From assembly GCA_023267655.1 (NCBI GenBank), contig JAHFMV010000001.1:31954-95953 (forward strand): a stretch of DNA of 64,000 nt, written 5' to 3'. Both the position numbers and the translations under genes were made by a program. This document shows positions 57,601-64,000 of the stretch, one piece after another. This DNA comes from Candidatus Kaiserbacteria bacterium (GTDB taxonomy: Bacteria > Patescibacteriota > Minisyncoccia > Phycocordibacterales > UBA2100). Below the pieces are notes generated by a model. The model saw only the letters and a list, made by a program, of their open reading frames with translations. It searched no databases and had not been told where the DNA came from. Numbering within the stretch: the first letter of the stretch is position 1; every line of letters begins with the position of its first letter.

Positions 57601-60600
57601 TCATGCCGATTATCGCTGAATACAATACGAAATTTGGCTCTCCGCCGATTATCAACGGTATCGGCCGCAGCCCCGCGGTTAATTCGGCAGTCGGCGGTGC
57701 TTCTAACAGCGATCATCTCACTGGTCGTGCGATCGATTTCAAGACCGTTGATCAGCCATCCGATCGAGTCGCCGCGCTTATTAGCATGCTACGAGCGAAA
57801 AACATTGATCTCATCACAAGGACGCACGGACAAGGTCCGCATACGCACGCTTCTCTGCGACGGGCACCGACTGTACAAGAGCTGGCAAACTTAAGGTTCC
57901 AAACATCGGCGCAACCACAATATGCACTCATTAATCCATCCACCAACCAAACCATCGCAAGCTTCACGCCGAAAGACCTTGTCGCACGACCAGTTGTGGT
58001 TGTCGCAGGCTCTGGTGCACCATCGGTAGCGCCACAATCGCCTGCGATCGCATGGCTGACGCAACGCGGAAATATCATTGCGAAAAATTTGAATACCGTG
58101 CGAAGCGCTGTAGGGCTCGGCGGATCATCGGCACCAGCGCAGACTGCACAGAATGTCCCGCCGCAAACACCGCAACCACAACAAGTCGCGCAACCGACAG
58201 TCGTCAAATCCGAGTTTAATACAAGTTTTACGAGCGCGCCCAAAGCAGGCCATCCCGTATTCCTTTCTGCACCCGCTGGCCTCAATCCGAACCAGAAAAT
58301 ACTCAAAGTAGTCTATTTGCACGGCGACCTTGAATCGACATTTCCACTCACTATCGTACGACAACGCGTATCCGAACAGGTCGTTGGCTCTGATTTGAAT
58401 GCGGTGGCAATTGCTCCGTATTTTGGTTCCACCGTTGCAAATAACGTCGGCCGATTTGATGGACAGGGAGCGTTTAAGAGTTTCCTTGCAGAATCGGATC
58501 AAAAACTTGCTGCCTTGACCGGTCTTCCTGTCAGCGCGTTTTCCGGAGGTCCGGTCGTCATTGTTGATTACAGCGGTGGATACGGGCCGCTTGGGGCGGT
58601 GATTGCTCGCGGTGATGCCAATGATCTCGTGCAAGGAATCATCATGATGGACGCGGGGTATGGGGTGAAAACAACACTCCCGGCGGTCGCGGCGTGGGTC
58701 GCACAGAACCCGTCGAAATTCCTCGTCAGTGCCTACACCGGATCAACCGCAAGCGGAAATGCCGTTTTGAAGAACTTGTTGGGGAACAAACTTACCACGA
58801 CCGCTGCGCTTCCGGCAGGCGAGACTATGAGGCCTGGTACGGTTGCCGTGATTAAGGCGCAGGGAACTTCGCTTACGCCGCATCGGAATTTCGTTACGAC
58901 GGCGGGCGTGACGACGGGAGGAAAAGAAGATCCGATCACCGCGCTCTTGAAGATTCTCCCCGCATCGAGCGGCGCCGTCGCGCGTGCGCCTACCCCGCCG
59001 TCGAGCGAAGTTGCTGTCGTCAAACCACCAGCACCGGCGCCAATACAAGCCGGTGGTGCTCTGCCTGCGGCGAGACCACCGACTGAAGGGCAAGCGCCGA
59101 CTCTTTTCGAGCAGATGTATACCTGGTGGCTGCATTCGCGTGACGTGTGGAATGAGAAAATAATGAGTCGCCTTGCACGTGCGCCGCAGGCTCCAGTGGC
59201 ACAAGCGCCTACACCACAAGTGGTAACGCCTGCGCCAACAGCACCTGCTCCTTTGCCACTACCTACGGCGCCTGCAGCGAAACCCGCACCGACCGCACCG
59301 GCAGCAATTCCCGCGCAAAAACCAGCCGCTCAAACGCCGGCGAAAGGGAACGCAAATACGCAGGCGCTTCAAGAACAGATCACCATTGCGCAACGCGCAC
59401 TTGAAGCTCTCCGCGCGGCACGAACGGCAAGTCAAGGTTCGCAAACTCAAGCGGTAGCTCAACAGGCTCGAAGCGCAGCCGCGCAGCTCATCACCGCGAC
59501 CGACAAGATTGCAAAAAATCCGGAAGTTTCTGTGCTCTCACGCGACGCACTCCGTGTTCAACAACAATCAATGACCACGAATCGTGGAACGCTCGAGGGT
59601 GCCGTTTCGGCCGGAAATATTTCTGGTGCACAACGCGCCGCCGACCGTATTGATTCCGCAGCGACACAATTCCTGACGACTGCACGAAGCGCCGCGCAAG
59701 CAGCTGCATCGCGAGCACAGTTGCAAGCAACAGCCGCAAAGGTACCCGGTACAATACTTGTCTTTGCGGGTACTCCGGCAAATGCATATGACACGGTGAC
59801 GCGACGCTTCAACACAGTTGCACCAGTCATTGTCTCACCGTTTGGGTACGCTTCTTCGATCGAGTCTGCATATATCGCGTCTCTCGGCGCCCGACAACTT
59901 CGATATGGAGAAAATGCATCGCTTGAGCAACAAGTTGCTGTCGCGCGAGCACGAGAGATGGGGTTAGAGTTTATGATGAAGCGCTACTTCGGGATCTCCT
60001 CAATTGCTGAAATGCCTCTTTCACCAATTAACGGATACTATTTAAGTGCCGAGCGAGCGGATTATCTCGAGGCGCGAGCAGAGAGGGTCAATTTGGAAAT
60101 ACAACGCACCCAAGGGGAAATACAAGCATTGACACTATTGCCGCAGCGCTTCACCGACCCCGTCTTGCGCGCGCGCTTTGATGCGCTTGCAAACCAATTG
60201 GCAGCACAGGAAAAAGATTTGGCAGATACCGAAGCGATGAAGACGCTCGCGTATGAGAATTTCCTCAAGGAACGTGCGAAGAAATTCAGTTCGCGTGCAG
60301 ACTTACTTTCGAAAATCCAGATACGGAATGCCGATTTGGAAGAACGTATCGGGATTGGGTATCAAAATATTAATGTGAAGATCGCCCAATTTGACTTGTC
60401 AACGAAAGCAACCATTGTCGATGTTCAAATTGACCGCGATATTCTCAAGCGTGTCGACGAAGGTACATTAACGCTTGGGCCTGTAAACCAATCAAGCGAC
60501 GCGTTGGGTATCTTTGAACGCTCACTCGCATGGGTGGCAAACAAAATAAATGGACGTCAAACGCCAATTGCCCAGGCGCCGCAAGAGCCGATTGGTATCG

Positions 60601-63600
60601 GCCCGAACGGCGAATATATTTATCCGAGCCTGCAGAGTTACGATACCGGCGCGCCACAATATGTACCGTCAGTCGCAGAGACAAAACCAACGACTCCCGC
60701 GCCAGCGACCCCTAAAATAGTGCCGCCTTCTCCGGCGCCAACCATTTCGAAACCTGCACCTGTGCCTTCAGCGAAACCTACGACCTTGCCGAATAACCCG
60801 GTGATCAGTCTGCAGACCAAGGTTAATGGTGTATACGTTACGGCACAACGATTAGTGAATTCTGGGGACGCCATGGCAGCAGCGGGCGCTGCGAAGAATT
60901 GGAGCGGCGTGCAAGCAGCTAATGCGTCGCGTAAAGTCATTTACAATACGATTCGGGCACAACTAGTCACGGCGATGAACGACTCTTTGACCCCAACGGC
61001 GGTGAAAGAAGAAATTGCCGCACAATTGAGTCGCGCCGACGCCTATAACAGACCTCTGAATGCCGATGCGCGACTCTCCGAACTCGGCGTATTTTTCAGC
61101 GGTGTCGATGCTGTTGCAAACCGCATGGCCGTGAATGGTCTTGGATTCAAGAGTGCGGTCAATACCGCGGTATCACTCGCTGATCGTCTTGTTACTGATG
61201 CGACCAATGAGGCCATTGCGAACCAGACGCTTCCGCCGGAAACCGTAACCGGCATTATGGGGCGTCTTACAGAGGCGAAGACACTTTTGGAGCAGGCGGA
61301 AAAAGATGTAGAAGTGGCACGGGACGCGGGCAATTTAGCAGGTGTACGTCTCGCGCAAGATCGCGTGAGTAAAATCGTAAATACGCGTATAGCGCCTGCA
61401 GTGCGCGAGCTTGTCGCTCTTCCTGAAGTGCTGCCGACGAATAAAGAGATCATGAATACAAGACTTGTGGAGGCACTTGGAAATGTGGCGGAGATTGATA
61501 CCGGACTTACGTCATTTGCCTCAAAGTCACCACTGGAAAAAGCAAAGGCGCGCGATGACCTTGCTGCGACCCTCTCGGTAGAGGCACAAGCTCTCAAACA
61601 AAACTTGACGGCATTACGTGGCCCTGATGCACTGGTCATGCTCTCGTCAATCCCGACAAACACATTACCGGCTAAAATACAGAAAGAGATCCAAGACTTG
61701 ATTGCAGCCACGAAAGAGATGTCGGCAGCACAGAAAGAGCTCGAAGATGCGGGGAACCTCACAGATGAGGGGGCGCAAAAGACAGCGGCGATTGCCGCGA
61801 ACGTAAAATTTCAAAAGGCATTCACGGCGCACGACCTTGCGGTTTCAAATCTGATTGCAGAGGACTTTATTTCTATTGAATTGATTAGTCAGATTGCTGG
61901 TGCGGTGGACATCATCGCCGGCCAGATGACGCAAGTCAACAATTTACTTGGTGGCGGAAATGTTTTCACCCTTGCCGGCTTTAAGATAAGCGGCGTACCG
62001 ACTAACATTTCCGCACAACTGATAGGTCTCGTCCTCGCGGTCCAGCAGAACACGGCGGAGATCAACCGCGGCCTTGCTGATGCCGTTCGTGCAAAATTCA
62101 AGCTGGGCGGAATTTCAACAGGCGATTTGAAATTTAGCGGTGTTGCACCAACACCATCATCAAATCTCGATACGGCGATCGTCGTGAGCGGTGGAGGCGT
62201 TGCGGTGTCCGGAACCGGTTTTCTCTTGTCGAAGTATGGTGGTGCAATTCTCGCCGCTATAAAGAATGGGTTGCAGGCTACGATTGCTCGAATAACGCCA
62301 GCTCCACGCGCTCAAGTCATTCCTGCAAATGTCGGCGTGAAAAACCCTGCGGGTATTACAAAGTTGGTATCTCAACTGGGAACTACCCCAGCGAACCCGA
62401 CACCGAACCCCGCAACAAATCCGCAACCAGCACCGACTTCTCCAGCCGCGACTAAGCCAGGGACAAGTGCGCCGACACCGGCGGCACCTGTGCCGGCAAA
62501 ATCCCCAACGTCGCCGATTCGACGGATTGCATCGCAAATGAAATCGTCTGCGGAAAATATTCTTAACAAATTTAAGACCGGAACGAATGCTGCCGGTGCA
62601 GGCACTCCTCCGGTTCAACTAGAGCTACCTCTTGAAGGTGGAAGTACGAATACAAAAACATCAGCGCGAACTTCGTATGTACGAAACGCATGGGATGCGT
62701 GCAAGCGGTATCCAATTATCTGTGGCGGCTTGATTGTTGCAGGCATTGGCACGCCGCTCGCGCTTCTTGTCACCGATTGGGATTCGAGCCCGCCCGCAAC
62801 CGCAAAACCTGAAGCAGAAACTGCCACGCCTCCAGGCGCTTCGCCAGATGCATCGAAACTGCCGCCTGGTACTCCTGATCCGAATGCGGGGAAGAATGCC
62901 CCGAATCCGGGAGCGGCAAAAACCGGTCCAACGGGGAATGGTTCCGATGCAAGTAAAGATGGAAAATCTGCCTCTGGAGGCGGTGCGGGTGGACTCGGAA
63001 ATCTTCTCCAGAATGCTCTCAAAGCACTGGCACCTATCTTGCCGCAATTGTGGAACTCACTCTTTGGACCGAAACCACCGGAGACGCCGAAACCTGTCGT
63101 GCCGAGCGTCACACTGACTGCGAAGCCAACATCGGTTGATTCTGGAAAGACCGCGCAACTTTCATGGTCAGGAGAAAATATTGCGAACTGCACTATCTAT
63201 GGCCCGGGAAATTCCACGCTTACTTCCGGCGGTGTGAGTGGCACGGTTGCGACGCCAGCGCTCAAGCGATCGAAAGAATTCGGCATCGCATGCTCCGGAT
63301 CGGACGGGACATCGATCACGAGCGCGACGGTGACGGTGAAAGTAAATGGCGATAGCCAGACGCCGATCTCTGTCGTATTTCCCGATGGTTCTTCGAGTGG
63401 TTCGTCACTCTCAACCCCGCAACAAGGAACGCAAGGAACACCAAATGGTCAGGGAACGACACAAAACCAAGGGACGGGTGGCACGCCCAACGTCGGTACC
63501 AACGGGGGGACGAACGAAGCGCCCGTGACGCCACCAGTTACCGGGCATGATGATAAGGGAAATAACGTGTCACCGTATTGCGACCCTGGCCTGCCGATGG

Positions 63601-63662
63601 ATGCATTCGTGCAGTGTCTATGCCGTCTTGATCCGACAGGATGCAAGCCGTGGAAGAAGTAG
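48597..63662 (+). CDS. giant (5021 aa) secreted multidomain protein: signal peptide, long alpha-helical/Ala-rich and Pro-rich regions, two M15 (VanY/LAS) zinc-peptidase motifs, RlpA-like double-psi beta-barrel domain, possible alpha/beta-hydrolase-like region, C-terminal Ig-like domain and Cys-rich tail
   Basis: Single uninterrupted 15-kb ORF. Signal peptide MIGANRAAYFCVGATLFFAVFCAFILISGTVDALG. M15 motif S-x-H-x-x-G-x-A-x-D twice: SDHPLGRAADAD (~54307-54345) and SDHLTGRAIDF…GPHTHAS (~57706-57850). RlpA-like DPBB TASGVIRNNTLYSVAHKTLDFGTILEV…VVNERGPYVAGRGLDAVPAFSKAMGLSGD…VEVRF (~55815-56050). C-terminal Ig-like domain ~63095-63350; tail CDPGLPMDAFVQCLCRLDPTGCKPWKK. Confidence 0.9.
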   Translation: MIGANRAAYFCVGATLFFAVFCAFILISGTVDALGTASGSAGSGADKTCKWNPTTKKYEDNGCIAEKGKCNDKGKCELQKDSGGAANCKDAAGQTGCGGLNQPGSVQPASQPSTLQPTPSILDNPLPPQPSTIDPTKAFNDSSAYNDPNALTPATENKPIWQRAWDYLTKPQPVPASPGYINGSEDFGAPSGSDAKTLQPVNPLDANDPRNQLVPPPGQQGSTFGPDESGMITGSNEIADASYLDRIEKKIADSAEKFVNWLTAPAEPVYGPTDSGEQLKQSPFPQREVYQDADGMFRYRDTGELASETDVARVPSETSKPFETRPPEELTKPYDDAVDKLRGAREKYVDELKKIEGYQKQAEADAAKLQAMKDKGTQTVPYEGGATKNINDAIRDNNARLERIANAYNDVDGRINGIDDRIDAAAVGKQDAIDRWGALQDGTKPTLASEVNAAAFRALDKMTADLNAQYPDEMTGSVSPEGYNKLQEGLQKVETLREVVAAPPGNRPDIVLQVERFKYSAYFAEAQQNAKELQAEYNRLTALDGLEGGSSPETLRAKASLAAAQEDLKQRTIMAVGVSELSRQYQDLQGAALAAAQGTDSKVLEDIQARMAKIESVIPQLQMGDIAPDPRYAELQKQLQLEAENISKIANASSFQPDGSILPSSDLADAQKRQADLQAELKSINGTLYNRLENLAVGRALEDARVQQVRYEFGNAANAPSLKDPTALKASDWYTLAGISGNQVGHIADRLSDIATNDAVTILQHNPFEFNTGNKFLDFFANQPAGIYESFANVFSLGKLSTDPAQQLGLYTGTEQAIKYGIDGVNVGLTPFLIRDIAAVTVGLGRLGYEGLAARLGTEDLSALEIASAADARLLGENLARAETRVLDSTGLADYGANVAARDLAVQELKQANLGLSVKGDVVDLNTGQTLSFRDAAGRYSEIGSAEADAVAALRTEELRPSVFSKDFYTNLSNDVRNFFAKPTDEQLLANAETRVQSLERMNTELDKRATIVEGNRGKATEQATDTLRSDPKFTPDRQQVRDIARRDAELTSARLKEIEAQKIANNEALVGAREELARLQKLAESRQPSTAPVRDTAERTESAAGRPAASVEPSSLPPTRLQQFAGDVRAYLADRIPTPLQNAWAAARDWYANASLVPRPSGGFARVLNIGALASQLLGTPLPGLAARESTSLGQSASRVVTTQTGREVFSGGRVVIERQISPFDFGAEFREPVAPTVRIGELSDVTTRPVGELRETPPVRNGDSLSPSENAPTALENGAVPREVLPGTQISVDQVTPAPIQSPPTSPFAIVAPALTANPFSNPTDSAAPSTVDFTTGIDIARGLPSNPFLSIDGSTVHIDIPTNVNSRSVSPFSLAIAPGIVLAPIPAAPAPVVNPRNSEDQVAPNGPQVPAAPAPQASRNGSPAPSQIAPTPAANLAPPVPSSIAPVTNQPVLLARRLANWWNNTPQTGANPTPQWIRELIFYATEPYHYYGADQISLNNAILGITSGQHFTLSPDFYKNDKSLGRNTPEYVQGLLDPWRVYLGLPQLYGTLSVSQFKPTVNSGDQQNKQYYKINNFLDNYAKNSTISQTSAEAIKIMVNQVQLFGKKTGTGLSVIENDFGQSGIMGGYTLSLGEDASGKYISYYDNWKLASSDGRGSLEGTSGLVGTPFEIYDRIYYNPDTFEPITDVNLAKATAADTALLASGDFGVGAAQPATTIATLPMQTLSFLPILQAVTQPLTSAVGNIFKILANNVISTPAQGQPAQINANNAFALAKPTDVAQLNQYLVKSPLGLLGGRLEAGMGEAVSIRINPTPNRWNASMGDYGQYIANVLRAAGDPQASYNPSTQRLTLSRGLNNITVTGLLRFATALKDQGITFGLQNAFRDEAAQRAAGSDPAVASDHPLGRAADADLRCNSCKGTQGSSEWKTDFEKRIMKAAITAEVQQIDMYGFGVRDTSLGAKNLVYAVHVGWSEFRNGGIESTGAFANTHRNGYAGAQVGVPGTLSGATAQDPEAQALWKQLNDASRLPKDSASLYAAIQKQDATQLVALLSKQPKPIQPTYASFFRPSSAPKSAYDKAIDLGYNLSGMKDLVIDPDGFARNGTFRMSLIKAAVGLDGLNGVKVGQGGEKYVKFKTPGQGLAADVILTQGYIAIGLNTPRKIAMGGYLASDPDHPVSEADMPKEIVAYLTRLKTGGGEPDVVLDPNNLDQLIRNADARACAEEGQFGFCTGSIRSAADKEEAKKIVARAAVITQLQPEFTPNAIPKGPVAAAQLPQLKPATIAALDGKPTQPAGPQVTESKAKAAADAGVAKKAAEAKAAADAKAAEGAKILADAAAKPSLRDRAKEIAERIDTNEQKAKLANNAKTFTDLGISAKMITNSPWQTTLMSTYGYTGDRSAGSIKTASGVIRNNTLYSVAHKTLDFGTILEVEREAGGKVYIELAVVNERGPYVAGRGLDAVPAFSKAMGLSGDRNADVVEVRFRIVGQLVGSGYSNSIAGFKPEQSKQLIAGLQLGPSAPNLPGERVAEKARETVPKVVEVAKREIGKIAGIARPASPSRSATPDISVVTPVLTRVVQQGVDAGKLPTDLIVSLDNGALRGLSASKPDLTFTFDVRGASAGQSIAKSQWEFARNYSSDASKPEGRIYSKDEYNQFVAQIQKDGGPSLISFDSLPPAARQLVGTTPKSLGGVKLGLSKEAIVKQSAVYFAIQELSGKKVAIGPSMLRPDVNTYSSRQSAHGPLDSNPRSRFTAMDLFIAPEYMDTAIRLANNIGIRGINIYDGTYDQVGPGYKQIHLDMGSVWTGTASRTYSDLKIRTMLLAHAAGQKLSLSDQVVAYINNSKPVPASAQQIVVLQSSILAGKSIVAGLRPSSAEVFTYTLAADDPALAQGVLAAKAPASGTPGNPLSIASLGDYLKAKDIAFTEIKPDTDGSLIVILQNGTQIPVQQTAAATQAITLEPEKNYSLSYLRSLNQPSLKLFLSAANGVSGDRFINGRMLGVVMPIIAEYNTKFGSPPIINGIGRSPAVNSAVGGASNSDHLTGRAIDFKTVDQPSDRVAALISMLRAKNIDLITRTHGQGPHTHASLRRAPTVQELANLRFQTSAQPQYALINPSTNQTIASFTPKDLVARPVVVVAGSGAPSVAPQSPAIAWLTQRGNIIAKNLNTVRSAVGLGGSSAPAQTAQNVPPQTPQPQQVAQPTVVKSEFNTSFTSAPKAGHPVFLSAPAGLNPNQKILKVVYLHGDLESTFPLTIVRQRVSEQVVGSDLNAVAIAPYFGSTVANNVGRFDGQGAFKSFLAESDQKLAALTGLPVSAFSGGPVVIVDYSGGYGPLGAVIARGDANDLVQGIIMMDAGYGVKTTLPAVAAWVAQNPSKFLVSAYTGSTASGNAVLKNLLGNKLTTTAALPAGETMRPGTVAVIKAQGTSLTPHRNFVTTAGVTTGGKEDPITALLKILPASSGAVARAPTPPSSEVAVVKPPAPAPIQAGGALPAARPPTEGQAPTLFEQMYTWWLHSRDVWNEKIMSRLARAPQAPVAQAPTPQVVTPAPTAPAPLPLPTAPAAKPAPTAPAAIPAQKPAAQTPAKGNANTQALQEQITIAQRALEALRAARTASQGSQTQAVAQQARSAAAQLITATDKIAKNPEVSVLSRDALRVQQQSMTTNRGTLEGAVSAGNISGAQRAADRIDSAATQFLTTARSAAQAAASRAQLQATAAKVPGTILVFAGTPANAYDTVTRRFNTVAPVIVSPFGYASSIESAYIASLGARQLRYGENASLEQQVAVARAREMGLEFMMKRYFGISSIAEMPLSPINGYYLSAERADYLEARAERVNLEIQRTQGEIQALTLLPQRFTDPVLRARFDALANQLAAQEKDLADTEAMKTLAYENFLKERAKKFSSRADLLSKIQIRNADLEERIGIGYQNINVKIAQFDLSTKATIVDVQIDRDILKRVDEGTLTLGPVNQSSDALGIFERSLAWVANKINGRQTPIAQAPQEPIGIGPNGEYIYPSLQSYDTGAPQYVPSVAETKPTTPAPATPKIVPPSPAPTISKPAPVPSAKPTTLPNNPVISLQTKVNGVYVTAQRLVNSGDAMAAAGAAKNWSGVQAANASRKVIYNTIRAQLVTAMNDSLTPTAVKEEIAAQLSRADAYNRPLNADARLSELGVFFSGVDAVANRMAVNGLGFKSAVNTAVSLADRLVTDATNEAIANQTLPPETVTGIMGRLTEAKTLLEQAEKDVEVARDAGNLAGVRLAQDRVSKIVNTRIAPAVRELVALPEVLPTNKEIMNTRLVEALGNVAEIDTGLTSFASKSPLEKAKARDDLAATLSVEAQALKQNLTALRGPDALVMLSSIPTNTLPAKIQKEIQDLIAATKEMSAAQKELEDAGNLTDEGAQKTAAIAANVKFQKAFTAHDLAVSNLIAEDFISIELISQIAGAVDIIAGQMTQVNNLLGGGNVFTLAGFKISGVPTNISAQLIGLVLAVQQNTAEINRGLADAVRAKFKLGGISTGDLKFSGVAPTPSSNLDTAIVVSGGGVAVSGTGFLLSKYGGAILAAIKNGLQATIARITPAPRAQVIPANVGVKNPAGITKLVSQLGTTPANPTPNPATNPQPAPTSPAATKPGTSAPTPAAPVPAKSPTSPIRRIASQMKSSAENILNKFKTGTNAAGAGTPPVQLELPLEGGSTNTKTSARTSYVRNAWDACKRYPIICGGLIVAGIGTPLALLVTDWDSSPPATAKPEAETATPPGASPDASKLPPGTPDPNAGKNAPNPGAAKTGPTGNGSDASKDGKSASGGGAGGLGNLLQNALKALAPILPQLWNSLFGPKPPETPKPVVPSVTLTAKPTSVDSGKTAQLSWSGENIANCTIYGPGNSTLTSGGVSGTVATPALKRSKEFGIACSGSDGTSITSATVTVKVNGDSQTPISVVFPDGSSSGSSLSTPQQGTQGTPNGQGTTQNQGTGGTPNVGTNGGTNEAPVTPPVTGHDDKGNNVSPYCDPGLPMDAFVQCLCRLDPTGCKPWKK

Positions 63663-63728
63663 CGGCATTGGCGTGATAGAGTGGGGCAAGAAGATAGGAT
63701 ATACTTGTGCTATGGAAGGAGTATCTAG

Positions 63729-64000
63729 TATGAACGAGAAACAACCACGGCGCGCGGAGCGTGGAGCGATGCGTTGGGTGCGGATGAGCGGCAGAGCCCT
63801 TCACGATCTTATACTCGCAGGAGCTGCGGTTGCGTTCATCTACGGGACTGGTGACCGTGTCGTCGATACTATAAAGAAGGACATACGCAGCGGCGATGCA
63901 AAGCATGCAGCTGCAAGACTTGCGGAAAAGCAAAAACAAACAGCAGGCCCCGTATTAGGGAAGCCTGGGCTCACCGATTACACATACCTGCAGGTACAGG
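63729..64000 (+). CDS. hypothetical protein (3' end outside the window)
   Basis: ATG preceded by GGAAGGAG; open to the window end (MNEKQPRRAERGAMRWVRMSGRALHDLILAGAAVAFIYG…). Confidence 0.3.

Noticed and set aside
52181-62618. Antisense and off-frame ORFs inside the 5021-aa gene (e.g. 52181-52669, 54437-55009, 55232-55843, 55859-56503, 57752-58306, 61043-61762, 62615-63193).
   Set aside because: Same reasoning: no start context and low-complexity translations, nested within a continuous 15-kb ORF.
43633-63662. Considered whether the large secreted proteins belong to an integrated prophage.
   Set aside because: No capsid, terminase, portal or integrase genes are visible in the window, and the flanks are housekeeping genes (groESL, rnj). 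The proteins look like chromosomal genes that have co-opted phage tail modules, though a prophage extending beyond the window cannot be excluded.

Overview
This is a 64-kb bacterial fragment with about 55-60% GC, compact operons, many GTG/TTG starts and several apparently leaderless genes. The gene content suggests a small-genome, CPR/Patescibacteria-like organism: RNase J with an R/G/P-rich N-terminal tail, lysine-extended GroES plus GroEL, SecG, FolK-FolP next to a CofE-like ligase, MetK behind a SAM-I riboswitch, endonuclease III and a MutY-like glycosylase, and CcdA with a TlpA-like thioredoxin. That taxonomic guess cannot be confirmed from sequence alone.

The housekeeping genes sit between two large-protein loci. 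The first locus is a minus-strand operon at 3133-11417. It encodes a 1959-aa membrane-anchored protein with a cytoplasmic excisionase-like HTH, one TM helix, tail-fibre-like GNVGIGTTSP repeats and a phage-type intramolecular-chaperone (Peptidase S74) domain. Downstream are a 613-aa secreted protein with a peptidoglycan-binding domain and a shared C-terminal tail module. The second locus is on the plus strand at 43633-63662. It encodes an 861-aa Cys-rich secreted protein and a 5021-aa secreted giant. The giant carries two M15 (VanY/LAS-type) peptidase motifs, an RlpA-like double-psi beta-barrel domain and a C-terminal Ig-like domain that it shares with the 861-aa protein. Together these look like an undescribed cell-surface attachment and cell-wall-attack arsenal built from phage-tail-like parts.

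A second pattern concerns toxin-antitoxin cassettes. There are five: two HepT/MntA pairs, one DinJ/YafQ pair, one antitoxin/RelE-ParE pair and one DUF433/DUF5615 pair. Four of them (all except DinJ/YafQ) are bracketed by direct repeats of the neighbouring gene end: 85 bp of a glycosyltransferase 3' end, about 40 bp of a kynurenine-3-monooxygenase-like 3' end, and three copies of the promoter plus signal-peptide start of the 5021-aa gene. This points to a recurrent cassette-insertion mechanism that duplicates flanking host sequence.

Other signals: a tandem CTAGTGGCTA motif in the 5' UTRs of rnj, groES and groEL; a perfect 48-bp palindrome inside the mutY-like CDS; a Wzx-flippase/ATP-grasp fusion; and a terminator-capped non-coding region upstream of groES. 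No rRNA, tRNA or CRISPR array was found.
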